Positions 35,590 through 47,993 are shown, numbered from the stretch's first letter. The stretch is DNA of 55,153 bases from Octopus sinensis (GCF_006345805.1 NW_021833754.1:1-55153), one strand, 5' to 3'. The notes: generated by a model from the letters alone, not told the origin. Translations and numbers: made by a program.

Positions 35590-37620
35590 TAAACATGCGT
35601 GTGTGTGCATGTTTGTGTGCGTGTGTATGTGTTTGTGTGTGTGTGTGTGCATGTTTGTGTGTGTGTGTGTGCATGGTGGTGTGCGTGTGTATGTGTATAT
35701 GTGTTTGTGTGTATGTGTGTGTGTATGTTTGTGTGTGTGTGCATGGTGGTGTGCGTGTGTATGTGTTTGTGCGTGCGCATGTTTGTGTGTGTGTGTATGT
35801 GTTTGTGCGTGCGCATGTTTGTGTGTGTGTGTATGTGTTTGTGCGTGCGCATGTTTGTGTGTGTGTGTATGTGTTTGTGTGTGTGTGCATGTTTCTGTGC
35901 GTGTGTATGTGTTTGTGTGTGCGCATGTTTGTGTGTGTGTGTATGTGTTTGTGCGTGCGCATGTTTGTGTGTGTGTGTATGTGTTTGTGTGTGCGCATGT
36001 TTGTGTGTGTGTGTATGTGTTTGTGCGTGCGCATGTTTGTGTGTGTGTATGTGTTTGTGTGTGCGCATGTTTGTGTGTGTGTGTATGTGTTTTGTGCGAG
36101 GCGCATGTTTGTGTGTGTGTGTATGTGTTTGTGCGTGCGCATGTTTGTGTGTGTGTGTATGTGTTTGTGTGTGCGCATGTTTGTGTGTGTGTGTATGTGT
36201 TTGTGCGTGCGCATGTTTGTGTGTGTGTGTATGTGTTTGTGTGTGCGCATGTTTGTGTGTGTGTGTATGTGTTTGTGTGTGCGCATGTTTGTGTGTGTGT
36301 GTATGTGTTTGTGCGTGCGCATGTTTGTGTGTGTGTGTATGTGTTTGTGTGTGCGCATGTTTGTGTGTGTGTGTATGTTTGTGTGTGCGCATGTTTGTGT
36401 GTGTGTGTATGTGTTTGTGCGTGCGCATGTTTGTGTGTGTGTGTATGTGTTTGTGTGTGCGCATGTTTGTGTGTGTGTGATGTGTTTGTGTGTGTGCGCA
36501 TGTTTGTGTGTGTGGTGTATGTGTGTGTGCGTGCGCATGTTTGTGTGTGTGTGTATGTGTTGTGTGTGTGTGCATGTTTCTGTGCGGTGTATGTGTTTGT
36601 GTGTGCGCATGTTTTGTGTGTGTGGTATGTGTTTGTGCGTGCGCATGTTGTGTGTGTGTGTATGTGTTTGTGTGTGCGCATGTTTGTGTGTGTGTGTATG
36701 TGTTTGTGCGTGCGCATGTTTGTGTGTGTGTGTATGTGTTTGTGTGTGCGCATGTTGTGTGTGTGTATGTGTTGTGCGTGCGCATGTTTTGTGTGCGTGT
36801 GTATGTGTTTGTGTGTGCGCATGTTTGTGTGTGTGTACATGTTTCTGTGCGTGTGTATGTGTTTGTGTGTGCGCATGTTTGTGTGTGTGTGTATGTGTTT
36901 GTACGTGCGCATGTTTGTGTGTGTGTGTATGTGTTTGTGTGTGCGCATGTTTGTGTGTGTGTACATGTTTGTGTGCGTGTGTATGTGTTTGTGTGTGCGC
37001 ATGTTTGTGTGTGTGTGTATGTGTTTGTGTGTGCGCATGTTTGTGTGTGTGTGTATGTGTTTGTGCGTGTGCATGTTTGTGTGTGTGTGTATGTGTTTGT
37101 GTGTGCGCATGTTTGTGTGTGTGTGTATGTGTTTGTGTGTGCGCATGTTTGTGTGTGTGTGTATGTGTTTGTGCGTGCGCATGTTGTGTGTGTGTGTATG
37201 TGTTTGTGTGTGCGCATGTTGTGTGTGTGTGTATGTGTTTTTGTGTGCGCATGTTTGTGTGTGTGTGTATGTGTTTGTGTGTGCGCATGTTTGTGTGTGT
37301 GTGTATGTGTTTGTGCGTGCGCATGTTTTGTGTGCGTGTGTATGTGTTTGTGCGTGCGCATGTTTGTGTGTGTGTGTATGTGTTTGTGTGTGCGCATGTT
37401 TGTGTGTGTGTGTATGTTTTGTGCGTGCGCATGTTTGTGTGTGTGTGTATGTGTTGTGTGTGTGTGCATGTTTCTGTGCGTGTGTATGTGTTTGTGTGTG
37501 CGCATGTTTGTGTGTGTGTGTATGTGTTTGTGCGTGCGCATGTTGTGTGTGTGTACATGTTTGTGTGCGTGTGTATGTGTTTGTGCGTGTGCATGTTTGT
37601 GTGTGCGTGTGCATGCTTGT
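35590..37620. repeat. About 2-kb minisatellite, 36-bp unit (atgtttgtgtgtgtgtgtatgtgtttgtg(c/t)gtgcgc), about 55 units
   Basis: Read directly; 12-aa periodicity in the translations (HTQTCARTNTYT). Confidence 0.95.
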
Positions 37621-37635
37621 GTATGTATGTATATT

Positions 37636-37675
<40 letters not shown>

Positions 37676-37833
37676 CGATGTCTTACATGTATGGTAGACT
37701 ACTACACTGAGAACCATTTAATTCCTAGATATACAAAATAAAAAAAAAGATACAGGTTGGTTACTGTTGGAACATTTTCACCACATGACATTTCAATCGA
37801 GGTGGATGGGTAAGGGGGGGAATAGCGGCGGAG

Positions 37834-37870
<37 letters not shown>

Positions 37871-38175
37871 ATCAACTACAGCAGCAGCAGCAGCAACAGC
37901 AGCAGCAAGGAAGAGACTTGAACCAACGAACATACCAGTGCGTGGTTGCTCGTCTGCGAAACATAAAACCCAAATGCCACCTCAACAGTGGACACATTAT
38001 ATAATATTAAGAAAGTTTGGACCAGTCATGAGAAAACTGCGGCCCGTGGGACTTTGTGAATGGCACAAGCAACGAAAAATTACCATCAGTATTTTAGTAG
38101 CGCGGTCCGTTTGATGACGAGCCGTGTCTAATGCGATTCGCTTCCCGTAAAACGTTATCCCTGTGTTGTCTTGAA

Positions 38176-38590
38176 CACTGGTTCCCATCGGGGGCTTTAT
38201 TTGACCCGGGGATGGGGTCCATATAAGCTTTTGTTGTTACGTTTTATGTACAACAAATTATATGTACAATACTCAAAATATATATTAGTGACAGAGGCAG
38301 TACTTAAACTGAGAGGTAATATTTATTCCCACTTAAACATGGATGTTCCGTTAGAACAAACTATACTGGGGTAGATTTCACGAGAGAAACTCTCATGTTG
38401 GCATTTGGTGTAAAATGTAATTTTGTTTATATCGCTAGCGGGGAGATAATTTCTTACACACAGTTACTAATAATATTTCATTATAAAAAAATATAGGGTT
38501 TTTAAAAGCATCGAATGGCTACGAGGACCCTCCCGAGCAAAAGAGGGATCACAGGGGTCCTCAAGCAAAAATGGTTGAAAACCAAGGATC
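38176..38590. mobile_element. hAT/Charlie-type MITE remnant
   Basis: cactggttcccatcgggg...ggggtccatataag...aaaatggttgaaaacc; sister copy at 51850-52520. Confidence 0.6.
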
Positions 38591-38674
38591 TAGACGTTAG
38601 AAATTGCGTGATTTTAGTAAAAGTTACAAACTCCAAACTAATTGATAAGTAGCTTTCATTACAATAGTATGGAT

Positions 38675-39352
38675 TAAAGCGTCAAGCTGGCAGAATCATT
38701 AGCACATAGGGCAAAATGCTTAGCGGTATTACGTCTGCCGCAACGTTCTGAGTTCAAATTCCGTCGAGGTCGACTTTGCCTTTCATCATTTCGGGGTCTA
38801 TTAAATAAGTACCTATTTCTTTATTACCCACAAGGGGCTAAACATAGAGGGGACAAACAAGGACAGACATAGGTATTAAGTCGATTATATCGACCCCAGT
38901 GAAAACTGGTACTTAATTTATCGACCTCGAAAGGATAAATAGCAAAGTCGACCTCGGCGGAATTTGAACTCACAACGTAACGGCAGATGAAATACTGCTA
39001 AGCATTTCGTCCGGCGTGCTAACGTTTCTGCCAGCTCGCCGCCTATAAATTCCGTCGAGGTCGACTTTGCCTTTCATCCTTTCGGGGTCTATTAAATAAG
39101 TACCTATTTCTTTATTACACACAAGGGGCTAAACATAGAGGGGACAAACAAGGACAGACATAGGTATTAAGTCGATTATATCGACCCCAGTGAAAACTGG
39201 TACTTAATTTATCGACCTCGAAAGGATAAAAGGCAAAGTCGACCTCGGCGGAATTTGAACTCACAACGTAACGGCAGACGAAATACTGCTAAGCATTTCG
39301 TCCGGCGTGCTAACGTTTCTGCCAGCTCGCCGCCTATAAATTCCGTCGAGGT
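38675..39352. mobile_element. Fold-back family C SINE with a 291-bp tandem duplication
   Basis: aaattccgtcgaggtc recurs at 38756, 39047 and 39338. Each unit holds a + strand core joined (aagtacc|tatttctttattac) to a - strand full SINE. Confidence 0.9.
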
Positions 39353-39392
39353 CACATCTTCCAAACTAATTAGTGAGCAACTTTCTTTATGA

Positions 39393-40289
39393 CAGGGTGT
39401 TCTGGTTAAATTTGACGATTTTTATGTATCTTTTCTTTTGTCTCAGCAACAGCTTGAGGTATTGGTGAACAGTCAATGGCATTAAAAAATCATAAAGAAT
39501 AAAGTTGTAGTTGACAAATAGTTAGTTGACATGGAGGACTGGAAGCCATCTGAATATTCTTTTCAACTCTAGGCACAAGGCACGAAATTTTGGGGGAGGG
39601 AGCCAATCGATTAGATCGGCCCCAGTACGCAACTGGTACTTAATTTATCGACCTTGAAAAGATGAAAGGCAGAGTCGACCTCGGTGGAATTTGAACTCAG
39701 AACGTAACAGCAGGTGAAATGCCTATTTCTTTACTATCCACAAGGGGCTAAACACAGAGAGGACAAACAAGGACAGACAAACGGATTAAGTCGATTATAT
39801 CGACCCCAGTGTGTAACTGGTACTTATTTAATCGACCCCGAAAGGATGAAAGGCAAAGTCGACCTCGGCGGAATTTGAACTCAGAACGTTGCGGCAGACG
39901 TAATACCGCTAAGCATTTTGCCCTATGTGCTAACGTTTCTGCCAGCTCGCCGCCTTTCTTGATTGTAATACCATGGGTTACTATATGAAGGACGCTGTTG
40001 AGAAAAACACTATTTGCTCTGCTGCAACACAAAGGCCGAGCTGGTGGCCAAAATCGAGGTGTTCTAAAATCTTCCCAAGGGCACAGTGAGTAACGCCTGT
40101 GCCAGGTTCCGGAGCCGTCTTGAGGCCAGGGTGGAAGTTGAGAAGGGCTAGTTGAGTAAACTGCTATCTCCCAGCCATAATCCAGTGAATGTTTTTTGTT
40201 TAATTTTTAAAAATACTTCTGTTTTTGGATGGGATATTGTGCTTTCTTTATCTTTTATGCAAACTGTAAAATTTATCGTGAATACCCTG
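39393..40289 (+). mobile_element. Internally deleted Tc1/mariner element with a SINE dimer inserted
   Basis: Degenerate TIRs cagggtgttctggttaaatttgac / gtaaaatttatcgtgaataccctg|TA. Transposase C-terminal remnant NTKAELVAKI...NACARFRSRLEA. Confidence 0.75.
39568..39958 (-). mobile_element. Family C SINE dimer
   Basis: Junction gaaatag|gcatttc at about 39722. Confidence 0.9.
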
Positions 40290-40399
40290 TATTTCATAGA
40301 CTGCCCTTAAAATGACGGATCTGCAGGGAATAAAAGCAACCAATGCTAATACAGAGAGGGTTATATTAGCGGGAAGGTTTCCGCTAATTGTGCTTAATA

Positions 40400-40725
40400 A
40401 CTGGCACTCCGTCGGTTACGATGAAGGTTCCAGTTGATCCGATCAACAGAACAGCCTGCGCGTGAAACTAACGGGCAAGTGGCTGAGGATTCCACAGACA
40501 CGCGTACACTTAATTTAGTTCTTAGAGAGATCCAGCGTGACACAGAATGTGACAAAACTGGCCCTTTGAAATACAGTTACTACTCAATATTGCCAGCTGA
40601 GGGAACTAGAACAACGTGAAATAAAGTGTCTTGCTCAAGGACACAAATAAAGTGTCTTGCACAAGGAATCGAACTGACGTCCTTACGATCGAAAACAGAA
40701 TACTCTAACCACTACGCTACGCGCT
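40400..40725 (-). mobile_element. tRNA-derived SINE, family A (diverged)
   Basis: Similar to 6372-6550 and 52670-52990. Confidence 0.8.
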
Positions 40726-40787
40726 TAATAATTCCTACAGAAATTCAACCTGTTTCTACTCGAAAAGGTATAAAGAAAATTACTTAC

Positions 40788-40900
40788 TATCTCTTCAATC
40801 TTTTGTTTCTTCAAAGAAATATCCCTTGCTTCTCTTCTACAGTTCCTGCTCGAAGTAAACTCTCCACTCTATGTGCAACTAAATCTCACAACAATTAAAC
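40788..40900 (-). other. Candidate non-coding 5'UTR exon of VWA5A-like gene
   Basis: Purine-rich unique sequence ending GATA|gtaagt at 40788/40787. The coding-exon acceptor at 34359 needs an upstream donor; the link is not demonstrable from sequence. Confidence 0.25.
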
Positions 40901-41569
40901 GATGTTTCGTGCTCCGAACTCAAACACTTACTAAAACAAGCTTTTTATAAAAGCATTCTTCACGTTTTTGTTAGCCTGAATTAAGTTTATTCTGTTTCCC
41001 ATTCATTCCCTTTCTACAACATTTAATTAAGTTTAACGTGCAGTTAATTAATTATTAACTTAGATTTTGCGAACAAAGCATATGCTTCGTTTAGATTAAT
41101 ACTGTGTCTGACTTGAATAATTCATTTAAGTGAAATAATTACAGAGCAGGAAAACTTGCAGACAATGCAATCAGCAACAAAATAAACTAGTTGTAAACTT
41201 AAATATTTCGTTTTTGTATTCAGTTAACAAGGTCCTTGATCCGAACTCGTGTGCTAAAAGAGATTTTGTTGCATATCGGGAGGATCATAATGCCAATAAT
41301 AAACACACGCACTGGTAAGGACTTAGAAAGGGGTAGAAAGGGCTCCTTAGCCGTAGTGAAGGCAATCTATCTAGGGAGATAACCTTACAATAAATCACTC
41401 GGTCCGTAGCTTAAAAATACTGGGTTGACGTCCAGTGGGAACAGCTTTGTTTCACGGAGGAGGAAAGATCTTCTTTAGTACTTGGTTGTACAATGCTTTC
41501 CAATGTGTGTAGTAGTGGCGCGCGCACACATTATTAGCCATTTGAAAAGACTATGGAATTTACAATTAA

Positions 41570-41787
41570 CTGCACCAGGGTTCCTCTTCCCCAGGGAACC
41601 AGACCTAATAGTATACCTACGGATATAAGTCCAGCCCCTGCTTTGCCGGGTCCTGTCTCTGATCACGTTCTCCAGGGATACAGGCATCCAGCAACAGGAC
41701 CTCCGTAATGCCATGATGGATCGTGAAGTCTGGCGTAGCATGGTAAATTCCATTGTCTCGACCACGGTCGAACAATGATGATGATGA
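41570..41787 (+). mobile_element. RTE-clade LINE 3' end with (TGA)n tail
   Basis: SRDTGIQQQDLRNAMMDREVWRSMVNSIVSTTVEQ* has the DR..WR..V terminal motif, followed by tgatgatga. Confidence 0.8.
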
Positions 41788-42559
41788 AGGACTTATTTTT
41801 TTGTTACTTGCTGGTTGGTTAACTATTTCTCCAACTAACTAATCGGTTGTCTGATAAATTATTCAGCCAACCAATCAGTTATTTTTCTCAAAGTCCTTCT
41901 TCAATTACGTGCCTTCTCCACTTCTAGTCTGATTCACTCACATCCCTACAACTACATAAATATTGACTGTAAACCCTAAAAGACACACAGACAGAGAGAT
42001 CTGAAGCTGACCTGGCGCAGAGAAGGCATGTCATCGAAGACGTTGCAAATGGCAACGAAAGGACATTGACAAACACAACTGAATGATTGATTAACCGTAT
42101 GTTTAAACTAACAATTGATCAGTGAATTGGTGAAACAGTTAACCATCAGACTAATAATAAGCAAGTGAAAAGAAACCAGTGCGTGTGTTTATTATTGGTA
42201 TGATGACCCCACCCATGAGATTTGTCTGTTGACATACTGTTATTCTTGCGTCACCTAAAATTAATTATATATGCATTAGTTATGTCTTCAGACTGCAGTC
42301 CGTGAGAATTTCGCAATGATACACATAATGAAAATTTACCTTGAACATTTTAGCAGTGCGGACCACCTGATGCCGAACCATATCTCATGCGGCCCGCATT
42401 TAAAGTAAAGCAACAAAAAGAGTTGCACCTGCCTGGATTAGACTATGCTTCGCCAATGAGGTTTAATAATTCCCAAACATGTCCCAAATTATCTCCCCTT
42501 CTGCTGAAGAGCAGACTCACGGCCAGACTGCATTCTATATTTAATTATATCTTTATCTT

Positions 42560-43290
42560 TTATTTCTTTCAGTCATTGGATGGCGGCCATGCTGGGGCAT
42601 CGGCTTCAAAGGTTTTGGTCGAACAAATCGACTCCAGGCCATAAGAACTTGTCTTTTCTTAAAATATGGTCTTACTTGCCGAACTGCTAAATTATGAGGA
42701 AGTAAACAAACCAACAAAGGTCATCAAGCGATGGCGGAGGAGAAACAAACTAAAACACACACACACACACACACACATACATGCATAAATACACACGACG
42801 GCTTCACACAGTTTCCGTCTACACAGCTTTTGTAAGTCCGGAAGTGTAGTACAAGACTTGCCGAAGGTGCCGTGCAATGGGACTGAACCTGAAACCATGC
42901 AGTTACAAGGGCAGCTTCTTAAGGGTTCATTTATAATTAAAATTCTTCGATGAACTTAATCAACTCTTTTCGCGTCCGCCCGTAATTTTTCCTACAACCT
43001 TTTACTTGTTTCAGCCGTTATTTTTTTGAAGGCAGGAGCTTACATCGGTCAGTTTTGCTGAACCGCTAATAAACAAACCAACACCGGTTGTTGGAAGACA
43101 AATACTAACACAGACAAAAAGACACACACACACCACACACACACACATTCACGCATGCGTGCTTCCGCCTACCAAATCCACTCATAAGGCTTTGGTCGGC
43201 CCAGGGTTATTACAAAAAACAAGTTGCCGCACAGTGGGACTGAACCCATGACTTGATGGTTGGGAAGCAATCTTCCTAACCACACAGCCA
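42560..43290 (-). mobile_element. Two diverged family B SINEs
   Basis: Copies at about 42560-42900 and 43000-43290. Confidence 0.8.
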
Positions 43291-43992
43291 CGCCTTCACC
43301 TGTCGTGTACTCCTTTTGTTTTTTCATTCTTTTAAAATTCCACAACAAGGTGACCTTCTCCACTCATTCCAACATCGGTAGAAATTCTTCGATTTATGAC
43401 GAAAAGAATGTTTCTGATATGGTTGTCGCAAGTGATGTTATTTATAGCCATCGACCTCTTGGGCAGAAAAACGAAGGAGTTTTGGCGAGTAAATCGCTTC
43501 ATAAAGGTGAGAAACGAAAATAAGGTTTATATACAGAATTTATAGAAAATACATATAAACATAAAAAAATAAATAAATAAGAATAAATAAAAAAAAATTG
43601 GATATAATTGCGTGAAAGACGAAAGAATAAAATATTTGAATAAAAGTATATATCTATCTTTTTTTTTTATCATGAACTTGTTTCAGTTATTGGACTACGG
43701 CCATGCTGGGGCAACCGTCTTGAAGAATTTTATTCTATTAAAGTCTGGCGGTTATTCCGCTGGTTCTTTCTACCCAACCGTCCACGTTGCGGAGACATAA
43801 ATAAACGAGCACCGGTTGTCAAGCAGCATGGGAACAGACACAAAACACACACACCACGTATGTATGTATGTATGTATGTATGTATGTATGTATGTATGTA
43901 TGTAGGTGCGTAAATATATATTGTGTGTGGTGTGTGTGTGTGTGTGTATTTCAGGATTCAATAAAAAGAAGACAACAAACGGAAAATATGAC

Positions 43993-44042
<50 letters not shown>

Positions 44043-44074
44043 ATATATACTTTATTTTAAGCAGCAGAAAATTC

Positions 44075-44130
44075 AACAAAATCTGTTACTCTGAGTTTCT
44101 CGTTGCCGTTCATCAGACAGTTTTTGTTAG
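44075..44130 (-). ncRNA. Type I hammerhead ribozyme motif (inverted pLTR copy)
   Basis: Minus strand: aacaaaaactgtCTGATGAacggcaacgaGAAActcagagTAacagattttgtt; GUA triplet at 44089-44087. Confidence 0.75.
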
Positions 44131-44207
44131 AATGGAACTGATATATCAATTCAATCTATACTCTTACAAACGCTACACCTTTAAAAAGAAATGGACTTGT
44201 TTGATCA

Positions 44208-44405
44208 TGGAGCATTCTGGACAGGGCGGCACCATACAGGCATGGAGCTTACAAAAATAATTTCAAGTGCAGACTTTGTTTATTAGAGAAAATGTATATC
44301 TTATTCAAAGACAATAATTCTTTGAATCAAAGAAGTGAGTTAATGAACTTATGTAGGCACGCGGCTAAATTTAAAATGTCGAATATATATATACCATATG
44401 GATAG
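44208..44405 (+). pseudogene. Penelope ORF C-terminal fragment (post GIY-YIG)
   Basis: WSILDRAAPYRHGAYKNNFKCRLCLLEKMYILFKDNNSLNQRSELMNLCRHAAKFKMSNIYIPYG* fits the PLE terminal signature WSIL..A.PY...C.LCL.EK...LN.RSEL...CRH..KF. Confidence 0.9.
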
Positions 44406-45445
44406 AGTATATATTTTGTATTTTTGATTTTTGATTTTGATTTTGACTCTTGAGCGCTACGATGAATTTTGATCTTGGATCTTAATCCGTATAGCAAAGT
44501 CTTATGTTTCTACATATATATTAGGAAAAACCTACAAACTTTGTTTTCATGTTATTGTATTGCATAGGATTACCTTGATTATTTATATTACCTTGATTAT
44601 TTATAAATGACCCAAAATAGGATGTTATATTTTTATTTTATATGTCTTCGTATATATTTTTATTATTGCACCAAATTTTTTAAAAGCAATGTTTTTTAAA
44701 AAAAGCAATGTTGTCAAATTAGAATGTTTATATAAGTATGTGTATAGCAAAGCATATGTATTTGTAAGCATACGTATCTGTGTATGTGTAAGTGAAAGTA
44801 TGTTTGTGCTTAGCACACATATACACGACGGTATGTATATGTATCCATTCAAACTTGTGTATGTATACTGGCCTATAGATGCCAATAACATCGTTACACT
44901 GCTTATTTTTTCGTTTTTTTTTCCCCACCCCTCCTCCTTCGTTTCTTTTTCTCTCTCTCCTTTTCTTTCGTTCCCCCTCCTTGCCCAGTATATGAGAATT
45001 GCTACATAGATGAATTTTAGCTTGCGTGCGAGACGTTTGGCGTGAATATTGTACACATGCTTTTATGTGTATATTTAAATTCATATTCATACGTCTGTAT
45101 ATGTATGTATGGCGTTTACGCGCATCCTTTTGTGTATGTTGATATATATATGTAGATTTTAATATAAATATGTATTGCAGTATTTATAACAGGTTTAATT
45201 CTATGCATTAATTTGCACTGTCTTCATTACGTCAATGGTTTTTCCTCGGATTTTATAATTTTTATAAGTTTTTATATATAATTTTTATAAAGTTTTTTAT
45301 ATATATATACATATATCTTTGACCTTTTTGTTTATCGCTCGAAGATTGACCGTTTTTTCTAAAGGGCCAATCAAACAAGTCCATTTCTTTTTAAAGGTGT
45401 AGCGTTTGTAAGAGTATAGATTGAATTGATATATCAGTTCCATTC

Positions 45446-45500
45446 TAACAAAAACTGTCTGATGAACGGCAACGAGAAACTCAGAGTAACAGATTTTGTT
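45446..45500 (+). ncRNA. Type I hammerhead ribozyme motif in Penelope pLTR
   Basis: CTGATGA 45459-45465; helix II CG-GCAA-CG with an A-A first pair; GAAA; helix III ACTC-A-GAGT; GUA ending 45488; helix I ctgt/acag plus aacaaaa/ttttgtt. Confidence 0.75.
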
Positions 45501-45615
45501 GAATTTTTTCTGCTGCTTAAAATAAAGCATATTACTATACTCTACCACTGGTATTTGAGTACTCTTTTTTCCACCTTGTTTCCACATTTATGTGTTTTAC
45601 TTTACTTACTTATCC

Positions 45616-45665
<50 letters not shown>

Positions 45666-45710
45666 TATATGTGTGTGTGTGTGTGTGTGTATTATATGTA
45701 TGTATATATA

Positions 45711-45754
<44 letters not shown>

Positions 45755-46292
45755 ATATATATATATCACGCTTTGGTTGACCTGAGCTATAGTAGGAGAT
45801 AGTTGCCAAAGGTGTCGCGCGGTGGGACCGAACTCGAAACCATTGGTTGAGAAGCAAACTTCTTACACACACATCTCTGTCTCTGCCTCTATGCAAACAT
45901 AAAAGCCAAATTCATGTTTTTATCTGAAAAATAAGTAAGTTCATAAAGTAGAAAATTGCAAACAAAATTCCAGTGGTATAGTTTCAAGAAAGAAAAATGA
46001 AAGGAATTCAATTTATGAAAATCAAACAGGGTTGAAACTAGAATGTCGTCGACAATAGCGGGTTAACAGCACAAGGGAAATAACTTTTGTTATACGTTAC
46101 CACGTTTGAGTTATTTCCCATGTTTCGCCATTTTATTTACACATTTCACCGTTTTACTGTCTGAACTCCAGTGTTTCAATTAATTTTGAAAATGAAGAAT
46201 TCAGTAAAACAACTTTGTCGTTATTATTTGATATTTGGAGCTTAAATTAACATGGAATTTTGATGGCAAGTTGTAATTTAGAGGATGAGTGG

Positions 46293-46451
46293 CAGGGGCA
46301 GACAGAGAATATTAAGGGTCCTCGGGCATAACTGTTTACCGGGCCCCTTAGTATTGATAGCAAAAGTAGAGTTAACATGTAGAGTGCGGGCATCTCAACG
46401 CTCCGGGCCCTCGGTCAGTGTCCGATTGACCGACGGCTCAGTCCGCCCCTG
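46293..46451. mobile_element. 159-bp hAT-type MITE
   Basis: 15-bp TIRs caggggcagacagag / ctcagtccgcccctg (13/15); 8-bp flanks atgagtgg / atgggtgc (6/8). Confidence 0.8.
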
Positions 46452-46574
46452 ATGGGTGCCCTCAGGCGGGTTTGTGTCAAAAAGGGTTGAAATAGTGTGG
46501 AAAACATTACCGCATATATTCGCTTGGGTGTTTATGTTGCAGAGGTTGTACCGTTGCTGTATCTTTCTTATAGT

Positions 46575-46890
46575 GAGGGCGCGTGGCTTAGTGGTTAGGG
46601 CATTCGGCTCATGATCGTAAGGTTGTGAGTTCGATTCCCGGCGACGCGTTGTGTCCTTGAGCCAGACACTTTATTTCACGTTGCTCCAGTCCACTCAGCT
46701 GGCAAAAATGAGTTGTACTTGTATTTCAAAGGGTCAGCCTTGTCACTCTCTGTGTCACACTGATTATCCCCGAGAACTACGTTAAGGGTACACGTGTCTG
46801 TGGAATGCTCAGCCATTTGCACGTTAATTTCACGAGCAAACTGTGCCGTTGATCGTATCAGCTGGGACCCTCGTCGTCGTAACCGGCGGA
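46575..46890 (+). mobile_element. tRNA-derived SINE, family A
   Basis: ggcgcgtggcttagtggttaggg...gagttcgattccc head plus core. Confidence 0.9.
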
Positions 46891-47021
46891 GTCTTTATCT
46901 TTCTTACTGGGAGAAAGCTGCGTGTAAAACAACCCAAGGCAAACTCACGAACAGATAACAGTGTTATTTATTACTGGACACAAATGATATTTGGCGCAGA
47001 AAAATTACAAGGCAGCGATTT

Positions 47022-47250
47022 AAGGCGGCGAGCAGACAGAATCGTTAGCACGCCGGGCGAAATGCTTATCGGTATTTCGTCTGCCGCTACGTTCTGAGTT
47101 CAAATTCCGCCGAGGTCGACTTTGCCTTTCATCCTTTCGGGGTGGATTAAATAAGTACCAGTTACGTACTGGGGTCGATATAATCGACTTAATCTGTTTG
47201 TCTGTCATTGTTTGTCCTCTCTGTGTTTAGCCCCTTGTGGGTAGTAAAAG
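47022..47250 (+). mobile_element. tRNA-derived SINE, family C (long tail)
   Basis: Near-consensus copy. Confidence 0.9.
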
Positions 47251-47494
47251 AAAGAGATTGTTGCTGCGATGGCGACAGTGATGACGAAGTAGATGATTAT
47301 AAAGACGGCGACTACAACGACTATAACGACATCACACACACACACACACACACAAATACACACACACACTCACACTTACTCACACAAATGTATATGGAGA
47401 GAATTGCAGGGTAAGCGAGGAATTGCAAAACATGGGGTAGCAACAGGAAATAACCTCAGCTCCAGCTTATATATGTGCGTATATGTGAGCGTAA

Positions 47495-47525
<31 letters not shown>

Positions 47526-47677
47526 TGTGTGTGTGTGTGTGTGAGTGTGCGTGCTTGTGTGTGTGTGTGTATGTGCTTGTGTGTGTGCTTGTGTGTGTAT
47601 GTTTGTGTGTGTGTGCTTGTGTGTGTGTGTGGTGTTGTGTGTGTGCGTGCGTGTGTAAAAGCGTAGAAAGAGACCGA

Positions 47678-47750
47678 TGGCCGGATAACTGAAGAGATGG
47701 TCGCGTGGATTTCCACCTGGCATCCGAAACTCAGAGTTTTATCATGGCTA
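47678..47750 (+). ncRNA. Type I hammerhead ribozyme motif (solo PLE-type end)
   Basis: tggccgGATAA CTGAAGA(47689-47695) GATG-gtcgcGTGGatttCCACctgg-CATC c GAAA(47726-47729) CTC-A-GAG TT| TTATCatggcta; GUU triplet ending 47738. Confidence 0.75.
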
Positions 47751-47776
47751 CCGAATAATTTTTACATATATATACT

Positions 47777-47820
<44 letters not shown>

Positions 47821-47913
47821 ACATTATATATATATATATATATATAAATAAAATGTTATAGTATGAAACAATTGTACTAAATTACCGATCCATTCTTGTT
47901 GCTTATATTTTGG

Positions 47914-47993
<80 letters not shown>

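Larger units (their letters stand above)
44050..45616 (+). mobile_element. 5'-truncated Penelope-like element with inverted pseudo-LTR
   Basis: Inverted pLTR 44050-44205, ORF C-terminus 44208-44405, AT-rich 3'UTR, direct pLTR 45370-45616; flanked by (TA)n. Confidence 0.9.

Noticed and set aside
35344-37710. Several 290-760-aa His/Thr-rich or Cys/Val-rich ORFs on both strands
   Set aside because: They are translations of the 36-bp GT-derived minisatellite, which lacks stop codons by composition.
43350-43507. Plus-strand exon-like stretch (AAG|GTGACC...CATAAAG|GTGAGA), one open frame
   Set aside because: Weak acceptor, unrecognisable peptide and no partner exons found; needs RNA-seq.
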